DNA of 64,000 nucleotides, from the NCBI GenBank assembly GCA_963665125.2, contig CAXXUK010000001.1, forward strand, positions 3,552,001 to 3,616,000. The letters run 5' to 3'. The notes below the pieces were generated by a model. The model was given only the letters and a program-made list of their open reading frames with translations, was not told the origin of the DNA and did no database searches. Shown here in pieces: positions 57,386-64,000 of the stretch. The stretch comes from an uncultured Desulfarculus sp. (GTDB taxonomy: Bacteria; Desulfobacterota; Desulfarculia; Desulfarculales; Desulfarculaceae). Positions within the stretch are counted from its first letter, which is position 1. Each line of letters starts with the position of its first letter. The translations under genes were made by a program, and so were the position numbers.

Positions 57386-58055
57386 TCAAAACCTCGATAC
57401 TGCCGGGCATGTCTCCGCCCTTGAATCCGGCCAAAAGCCCTCTTATCGTGTTTTCGATAATCCGTTGGCTGAATCCGTTAACCGGCAGTTTTCTCGCGTT
57501 AATTTTAACTTTGACACCGAATTCTTGATCTTCTTGTTGCCTCATGGCGATGGCCAATATAAAATCGGCGATTTCCAGCGTATTGTCCGCATCCAGAACC
57601 CGCAAGGCCCCTTCTTTCCCGGATCCTCCCCTGCGGGCAAGAGCAAGTATCTTACCTCCCGCAGGCAAAATTGGACCTTCCCCTGGCCCAACAACTTCGA
57701 TTTTATCGATGTTTGCTCTTTTAAACCCTTCCACTATGACAATATCCATATCGTACATCAGGCGTGAGGCAATCTCGTCCGGCTGCCAGTTCAATGCGTC
57801 ATCACCCACGGACATCATAATCCCATCCTGGTGGGACAGAATCGTCCTACATGAACCTGCCGCTTGAAACCTTGATGTGTCTTTTTTAGTGAAATCTTCA
57901 GGAAGGGCTATTGAACCATTGTGACCGTGGTGTTTTATGGCTCCTACTTGGTACCCGCGCTTACGCAGTTCAAATATTATTTTTTCAGCGAGGGTTGTTT
58001 TTCCGCTTCCTGACGCCCCGCAAAAACCAATCAACGGAACCATATTTCCCGCCAT
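57360..58055 (-). CDS. mobB: Molybdopterin-guanine dinucleotide biosynthesis protein MobB
   Basis: GASGSGKTT, IKH, KDT, VEGFK. Confidence 0.88.
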   Translation of the reverse strand: MAGNMVPLIGFCGASGSGKTTLAEKIIFELRKRGYQVGAIKHHGHNGSIALPEDFTKKDTSRFQAAGSCRTILSHQDGIMMSVGDDALNWQPDEIASRLMYDMDIVIVEGFKRANIDKIEVVGPGEGPILPAGGKILALARRGGSGKEGALRVLDADNTLEIADFILAIAMRQQEDQEFGVKVKINARKLPVNGFSQRIIENTIRGLLAGFKGGDMPGSIEVLIEPKNTEK

Positions 58056-58188
58056 TCTGCCTGGGTTTAGAATGGGTAAGCATAAGCCAGGGTAGTTCCC
58101 AGGTCAAGCCGCGGTTGAAGACTTGTTCTCGCCCCTTGTTAGCCTGGCCCTGCCATGCTAAAAATGGTCAACATAATTCCGAGGGAGG

Positions 58189-58794
58189 ATGTCCATGGAA
58201 CGCAAGATAATGCGCGCGTTGATCAGCGTTACCGATAAAAGCGGCGTGGTTGAATTTGCCAAAGGTCTTTCAGGATTGGGCGTTTCGCTTATCTCCACCG
58301 GCGGTACGGCCAAGGCCCTGCGAGAGGGCGGACTTGAGGTCACCGACGTCAGCAAGATCACCGGCTTTCCGGAGATGCTCGACGGCCGCGTGAAGACCCT
58401 GCATCCAAGGGTTCATGGCGGCATCCTTGCCCGCCGCGATCTTGAAAGCCATCGGGCCCAGCTATCAGAGCACCATATAGCCACCATTGACCTCGTATGC
58501 GTCAATCTCTATGCCTTTGAGGCCACGATCGCCAAACAAGGCTGCACTTTTGAAGACGCTATTGAGAACATCGACATCGGCGGCCCCTGCCTTATCAGGG
58601 CTTCGGCCAAGAATCATAACGATGTGGTAGTGGTTACCGATCCGTCAGATTACGGCAGGATTCTTGAAGAAATGAAGGCTACCGGCGGTACTGTCTCCGC
58701 CAATACACGAAGGTCCCTTGCTGCCAAGGCCTATCGCCTGACCAACAAGTATGACGGCGCCATCGCGGATTATATGGAAAAGCAGGCGGGCTAG
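58189..58794 (+). CDS. purH: IMP cyclohydrolase (PurH N-terminal MGS-like domain only)
   Basis: [33 protein letters not shown]; stops at 201 aa. Confidence 0.88.
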   Translation: MSMERKIMRALISVTDKSGVVEFAKGLSGLGVSLISTGGTAKALREGGLEVTDVSKITGFPEMLDGRVKTLHPRVHGGILARRDLESHRAQLSEHHIATIDLVCVNLYAFEATIAKQGCTFEDAIENIDIGGPCLIRASAKNHNDVVVVTDPSDYGRILEEMKATGGTVSANTRRSLAAKAYRLTNKYDGAIADYMEKQAG

Positions 58795-58834
58795 TTTTCC
58801 TTTCCCGCTTCATTATTTATATGGAGATGAATTC

Positions 58835-60604
58835 ATGAAGGTCCTGGTTGTTGGCAGCGGCGGCCGTGAGCACGCCCTGGTCTGGAAGCTTTCCCAGAGC
58901 CCAAAGGTAGATGCCCTGTACTGCGCCCCCGGCAACCCCGGCATGGCCGGTCAAGCCGAATTGGTGGATATCAGCTCCGATGATATTCCGGCTTTGAAGG
59001 ACTTTGCGCTGAAAAATGACATAACATTGACTGTTGTTGGTCCTGAGGCTCCTCTTGTGGCGGGTATAACCGACGAATTCGAGGCCTCCGGTCTTTTGGT
59101 TGCCGGGCCCAGCGCCGCCGGTGCGCAGCTCGAAGGCTCAAAGTCTTTCAGCAAGGACATCATGGCCCGGGCCGGGGTGCCCACGGCGGCCTACAAGGTC
59201 TTCACCGACGCCGCCCAGGCCCGTGATTATTGCCTCAGCCTTGACCGGCCTATCGTTGTCAAGGCCGACGGCCTAGCCGCCGGCAAGGGCGTATTGATGT
59301 GCGAGACCGCCGGACAGGCCGCCGACGCCTGCAAACAGATAATGGAAGACCGTGCCTTTGGGGCCGCAGGAGACAAGATAGTAATAGAGGAGTGGCTTCA
59401 GGGCGAAGAGGCCAGTTTCCTGGTCTTCACCGACGGCGAGGCCATCGTGGCAATGCCCTCCAGCCAGGACCATAAAGCCGTGGGCGAGGGTGACACCGGA
59501 CCCAACACCGGCGGCATGGGCGCCTATTCCCCGGCTCCGGTGGTTACGCCGGAGATGGCCCAAAAGGCCATGGACCAGGTTATCAAGCCTGTCCTTGAGA
59601 CCATGAAGGCCGACGGAAACCCGTTCAAGGGCATTCTCTATGCCGGTTTGATGATCAGCAAAGAAGGCGTTCCAAATGTCCTCGAGTTCAACGTGCGATT
59701 CGGCGACCCGGAATGCCAACCTCTGTTGATGCGCCTGGAAAGCGATTTGGCCGATATTCTATTGGGCATGGCCAAGGGCAATCTTGGCCAAGTCGAGGTC
59801 AAGTGGTCCGAAAAGCCCACCGTGTGCGTTGTGCTTGCATCGGGCGGCTATCCTGGTTCCTATGAAAAGGGCTTCGAGATCAACGGTATCGACAAGGCCA
59901 ACGCCCATGAAGGCGTCTATGTCTTCCACGCCGGAACCAGTCTCAAGGACGGTAAGATCGTCAACACCGGCGGCAGGGTCCTGGGCGTTACGGCCATCGG
60001 CGATACGGTACGCCAGGCCATCGAAAAAGCCTATGCCGCCTGCGCTGAAATTTCCTGGAAAGACATGTACATGCGCCGGGATATCGGCCACCGCGCCTTG
60101 GCCAGGGAAAAACAGGGACCACTGGTCGGCATCGTCATGGGCTCGCCAAATGACTGGGAGGTCATGAAATCCGCGGTAAAGCAGCTCAATGAATTCGGCA
60201 TATCCAACGAAGTGCGTGTGCTCAGCGCCCACCGTACGCCGGAGCTGGCTGCCGATTTTTCCAAGACCGCCGCAAGCCGGGGGATGAAGGTGATCATCGC
60301 CGGGGCTGGTTGGGCCGCCCACCTGGCCGGAGCCATGGCCGCCCATACGGTTTTGCCAATAATCGGCGTTCCCATCGGTTCGTCCCAGCTCGACGGACTT
60401 GACGCTCTGCTCTCAACCGTACAGATGCCTCCGGGCATACCCGTTGCCACCGTGGCTATCGGCGCCGGCGGGGCCAAGAACGCCGCCGTGCTTGCCGCCC
60501 AGATCATAGGCACCAGCGACCCGGCCGTATACGAAAAGTTGCTCGATGATAGGGTTAAAATGGCCGAGGATATAGCCGCGGCCGAAAAGAAGCTTGAATT
60601 ATAG
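58835..60604 (+). CDS. purD: PurD-PurE fusion (GAR synthetase + AIR carboxylase/mutase)
   Basis: [33 protein letters not shown], then [27 protein letters not shown]. Confidence 0.95.
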   Translation: MKVLVVGSGGREHALVWKLSQSPKVDALYCAPGNPGMAGQAELVDISSDDIPALKDFALKNDITLTVVGPEAPLVAGITDEFEASGLLVAGPSAAGAQLEGSKSFSKDIMARAGVPTAAYKVFTDAAQARDYCLSLDRPIVVKADGLAAGKGVLMCETAGQAADACKQIMEDRAFGAAGDKIVIEEWLQGEEASFLVFTDGEAIVAMPSSQDHKAVGEGDTGPNTGGMGAYSPAPVVTPEMAQKAMDQVIKPVLETMKADGNPFKGILYAGLMISKEGVPNVLEFNVRFGDPECQPLLMRLESDLADILLGMAKGNLGQVEVKWSEKPTVCVVLASGGYPGSYEKGFEINGIDKANAHEGVYVFHAGTSLKDGKIVNTGGRVLGVTAIGDTVRQAIEKAYAACAEISWKDMYMRRDIGHRALAREKQGPLVGIVMGSPNDWEVMKSAVKQLNEFGISNEVRVLSAHRTPELAADFSKTAASRGMKVIIAGAGWAAHLAGAMAAHTVLPIIGVPIGSSQLDGLDALLSTVQMPPGIPVATVAIGAGGAKNAAVLAAQIIGTSDPAVYEKLLDDRVKMAEDIAAAEKKLEL

Positions 60605-60608
60605 GTAG

Positions 60609-61226
60609 TTGACCATGCCCAAGGGTCTTATTCTCAAGATTGATCCCCAAAGCCCAGATGCCGCCCTCATGGAGAGGGCGGTGTTTTCTTTGCTTGGCGG
60701 TGGTCTGTTGGTCATTCCCACCGAGACTTTCTACGGTATTGCCGTTGATTCGGGCAATTACAATGCCCTTACCAGGCTTGCCAGGCTCAAGGAACGCCCT
60801 AAGGACAAGCCTTTTCCCTTAATAATCTCTGATGCCTCTCAACTCGATGCCCTTGTATCCGATGTTCCAGCTCATGCCAGACAATTGATGGATCGGCATT
60901 GGCCAGGACCTCTTAGTCTTGTTTTCCCCGCACGCTGGGGATTGCCCGGCGAATTGGTCCACCGTGGCGGCATCGCCGTTCGCCACAGCCCCAATACCAT
61001 TTCTTCAGCCCTTGCCGGATCTATTGGCCGGGCCATAACCGCCACCAGCGCCAACCTTTCCGGAGAACCAGCCCCTACTTCCATTGAAAATCTTGATCAG
61101 CGGGTCATCGATTCCGTTGATTTGATCCTTGACGCCGGACCATGTCCCGGCGGCCTTCCCAGCACTTTGGCGGACATTAGGGAAGATCCTCCTCTTGTGC
61201 TTCGCCATGGTGCAGTTTCTATTTGA
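60609..61226 (+). CDS. tsaC: Threonylcarbamoyl-AMP synthase (YrdC/Sua5 N-domain)
   Basis: PTETFYG, KERP..KP, WPGPL, TSANLSG, PST. Confidence 0.92.
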   Translation: MTMPKGLILKIDPQSPDAALMERAVFSLLGGGLLVIPTETFYGIAVDSGNYNALTRLARLKERPKDKPFPLIISDASQLDALVSDVPAHARQLMDRHWPGPLSLVFPARWGLPGELVHRGGIAVRHSPNTISSALAGSIGRAITATSANLSGEPAPTSIENLDQRVIDSVDLILDAGPCPGGLPSTLADIREDPPLVLRHGAVSI

Positions 61227-61316
61227 CCCTCTATTTTTCTTGACCTTGTAACATCGTTGATTTAATTGATCTGATCACTGATCGAATAATCCTATATTTT
61301 TTCGTTAATTGAAGGG

Positions 61317-62135
61317 GTGGTCAAAATGAAGAAGTTTTTCGTAGTGTTGTGTCTTTGTTTGGCGCTGGCCCTACCCGCCTCGTTTGCCTTTGCGGATACT
61401 CAGCCCCAGTATCAGCAAGCGCTTTACTTTGATACGTTCAAAGGCAAAATAGGATACGATGTCAGGCACCTGGAGTATGAATTCGATCAGGACACCCAGA
61501 AAGGTTGGTTCAACGGTTTCATGGTTGGGGCCGACTTCCATCTCAACGACGTATACCTGGCCGCTAACTTCAGCTATTTCTGGGGCAACACAGACTGGGA
61601 TAGCCCTGGTTATTCAACCGACACCACCACCGACAAGATGTATGACCTCAAGGCCGTATTCGGCTACGACTTCATCTTCGGCAACATGGCCGTCACCCCC
61701 TACGCCGGTCTGGCCATGCATTTTTGGGAGACCACTGTCGAAGGCGGCTTTTCGTATCCCTATTCATTCCAACAGTATTATGCCCCTTTGGGCGCCCAGA
61801 TTACGTACAAGGGCAGCGAATCCTGGACCGCCGCACTCAAGCTCGAGTATGACTTTTTCCTGCTCGGACGCATAGACTGTAAGGTTTCCCAGGCCGATCC
61901 TTTGTATACTGACATGACCTATGACCAGCACGGTGGATTCGGATTTTATATCTCGGCCAATTTCACATACAGCTTTGTTTCCTGGAGCCTTGGCATTGAG
62001 CCGTATTTCCAGTACTGGGACATCGACGAATCCGATAGCGAACTCTATTCATACAATGGCACTCTGGTTGGCTATATGTCCGAGCCCGAGAACAAGTCCC
62101 GTATCTGGGGACTTCGTTTCTTTGCCGAATTTTAA
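61317..62135 (+). CDS. Outer-membrane beta-barrel protein, paralogue 1
   Basis: Signal peptide, aromatic amphipathic strands, C-terminal Phe (WGLRFFAEF). Confidence 0.82.
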   Translation: MVKMKKFFVVLCLCLALALPASFAFADTQPQYQQALYFDTFKGKIGYDVRHLEYEFDQDTQKGWFNGFMVGADFHLNDVYLAANFSYFWGNTDWDSPGYSTDTTTDKMYDLKAVFGYDFIFGNMAVTPYAGLAMHFWETTVEGGFSYPYSFQQYYAPLGAQITYKGSESWTAALKLEYDFFLLGRIDCKVSQADPLYTDMTYDQHGGFGFYISANFTYSFVSWSLGIEPYFQYWDIDESDSELYSYNGTLVGYMSEPENKSRIWGLRFFAEF

Positions 62136-62154
62136 TCAATAGCGCAATATTCAT

Positions 62155-62202
62155 GGCCGGATTGCTTTGGAGCATAAAACCAAACTGATCCGGCCTTTTT
62201 TT
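62155..62202 (+). terminator. Terminator after paralogue 1
   Basis: ggccggat..atccggcc followed by a T tract. Confidence 0.7.
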
Positions 62203-62451
62203 CTCATCAGATACGTGCAGATTACCTTCTTGCAGGGATTCTCCAATACTTCTCCACCTCCCAAATCCGTTCTGTCAAAATCCCCCAATAACTTAATGTC
62301 CTAATTCAACGGGAACAGCTCAATCTATTGGTTCTACGATGATTTATTTCTTTACGTAATTATTTACTTATGCTTTTAATTGCCTGCTTCCAAGGGTTGT
62401 TGTGGGCCGCATCTTCATAGATGCGCATTATCAAAAAGGAGAGGGGATTAA

Positions 62452-63279
62452 ATGAGCATGTTTAGGGCAGTTAAATCAACTGGCAAGGTCTTTTCCCTTG
62501 CCTTGGCCTTGGTGCTGTTTACGGCTTTTGGCGTCTCGGCACAGCAGACCGAGGACCAACAAGGGCCTTACTTCGAAACGTTCAAAGGCAAAATCGGATA
62601 CGATGTCAAGCACCTGGAGTATCAATTCGACCAGGACACCCAGAAGGGTTGGTTCAACGGTTTCATGGTTGGAGCCGACTTCCACCTCAATGACGTGTAC
62701 CTCGCAGCCGAGTTCAGCTACTTTTGGGGCAACACCTCTTGGGAGAGCCCCGGGTATTCAGATGCCAGCACCACCGACAGGATGTATGACCTGAAGGCTG
62801 TCTTCGGCTACGACTTCATCTTCGGCAATATTGCCGTCACCCCGTATGCCGGTCTGGCCATGCATCACTGGGAGACGCCTGCCGATGGAGGCTTCTCGTA
62901 CCCGTATACCTTCCAACAATACTATGCTCCTGTTGGCGCGCAGTTTATGTACAAGGGCTGCGGCCCCTGGACCGCTTCGCTGAAGCTGGAATATGACTTT
63001 TTCCTGCTGGGCCAAATCGATTACAACATCGGACAGGCGGACCCTCATTATACGGACATGAGCTATGACCAGCACGGTGGTTTCGGCTTTTACATCTCGG
63101 CCAATTTCACCTACAGCTTCGGTTGTTGGGGCCTTGGCGTGGAACCGTATTTCCAGTACTGGGATATCGACAAATCCGACAGCGCCCCCTACGTATACAA
63201 CGGGCAGTCTTATGGCAATGCCTACGAGCCTGAAAACACGTCCAAGATCTGGGGTATTCGGGTTTTTGCCGAATTCTAA
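62452..63279 (+). CDS. Outer-membrane beta-barrel protein, paralogue 2
   Basis: Roughly 80% identical to paralogue 1 by eye over the mature region; ends WGIRVFAEF. Confidence 0.82.
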   Translation: MSMFRAVKSTGKVFSLALALVLFTAFGVSAQQTEDQQGPYFETFKGKIGYDVKHLEYQFDQDTQKGWFNGFMVGADFHLNDVYLAAEFSYFWGNTSWESPGYSDASTTDRMYDLKAVFGYDFIFGNIAVTPYAGLAMHHWETPADGGFSYPYTFQQYYAPVGAQFMYKGCGPWTASLKLEYDFFLLGQIDYNIGQADPHYTDMSYDQHGGFGFYISANFTYSFGCWGLGVEPYFQYWDIDKSDSAPYVYNGQSYGNAYEPENTSKIWGIRVFAEF

Positions 63280-63297
63280 GCGGTTGTGCCAAGTTCA

Positions 63298-63349
63298 GGG
63301 CCGGATTGCCAGCCAATCAAATCTTGGCGACAATTCCGGCCCATTTTTT
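63298..63349 (+). terminator. Terminator after paralogue 2
   Basis: gggccgga..tccggccc followed by a T tract. Confidence 0.7.
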
Positions 63350-63459
63350 CTAAAAACAATCTTTCGTGATTTTGGGTTTGACTTTAAATACTCAAGAGTA
63401 TAGTTGATTAAAGTCCCTAAGCTTATATACCTTTTTCAAAACCTGAATATGGGGGAAAC

Positions 63460-64000
63460 ATGTCACAAGTACGTTCATATTTCAAAAAAAGCGTCTTTAT
63501 ATCTTTATTTTCTCTTTCTCTGCTCTTGTCTTTTTCAACGGCCCAAGCATCAGATGAGGTACAGAATCAAGCATTCTTTCCATTGTTTTCCGGCAAGATC
63601 GGCTACCAGTTGTCCCATATGGATTACAACGAAAGCGTAATGAACGAGAAGGGCTACCTCAACGGCATCTATGCCGGACTCACCTTTCATCCCGGCTGCA
63701 TGATGATCAAGATCGATGGCGACTATAGCGCCGGTAATATTGACTACGATGGCCAAACTTGGGGCGGTACGCCTGTAACTTCCAGCGGAAATAATGTAAT
63801 CTTCAATATCCGCGGCCTATTTGGCTGGGATTTTATCAGCGGCAACCAGTCAATTACGCCTTATCTTGGTATCGCCACGCGTTATTGGAAGGATGACCAG
63901 GATTCCGCATCCTCCTATAAGCGTGAGACCTGGTATTACTATTCGCCCATCGGCCTGCTGTACACCTACAACTCCGGATCGGCGTTTTCCTTCGCCCTTC
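63460..64000 (+). CDS. Outer-membrane beta-barrel protein, divergent paralogue 3 (runs off the window; not in the ORF track)
   Basis: Own translation MSQVRSYFKK..AQA-SDE..FSGKIGY..EKGYLNG..FGWDF..ITPYLG..YYSPIG aligns with paralogues 1 and 2. Confidence 0.8.
   Translation, partial: MSQVRSYFKKSVFISLFSLSLLLSFSTAQASDEVQNQAFFPLFSGKIGYQLSHMDYNESVMNEKGYLNGIYAGLTFHPGCMMIKIDGDYSAGNIDYDGQTWGGTPVTSSGNNVIFNIRGLFGWDFISGNQSITPYLGIATRYWKDDQDSASSYKRETWYYYSPIGLLYTYNSGSAFSFAL

Overview
A GC-rich bacterial chromosome segment. Gene content and order point to a deltaproteobacterium (Desulfobacterota-like); the 16S gene could confirm this. It is mostly core genome close to the replication origin: a complete rRNA operon on the minus strand (16S-tRNA-Ile-tRNA-Ala-23S-5S), tyrS, ymdB, rny, 6S RNA, zapAB, glmS, a short glmU, atpF'FHAGDC, bactofilin, mreBCD-mrdA-rodA, rpmH-rnpA-yidD-yidC-jag-mnmE-rsmG with two parS sites, trmFO, ddl, mobB, a short purH, a purD-purE fusion and tsaC. 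The most striking item is a 773-aa fusion of an intact PLP cysteine synthase to a full-length CysRS-like module. That module has lost both class-I ATP motifs (HIGH, KMSKS) but keeps the Zn/Cys site and the anticodon domain, and it lies between the sulfur-transfer genes ttuA-like and rimO. Other points of interest: a pseudo-Fic-HTH protein, tandem NrdR-like boxes upstream of the rRNA promoters, degenerate integron-cassette-like repeats downstream of glmS, a hairpin-dense 1.1-kb intergenic region, an RBS-occluding hairpin in the rny leader, and a tandem array of outer-membrane beta-barrel paralogues. All calls come from motif recognition by eye; no searches were run, and RNA ends are approximate.
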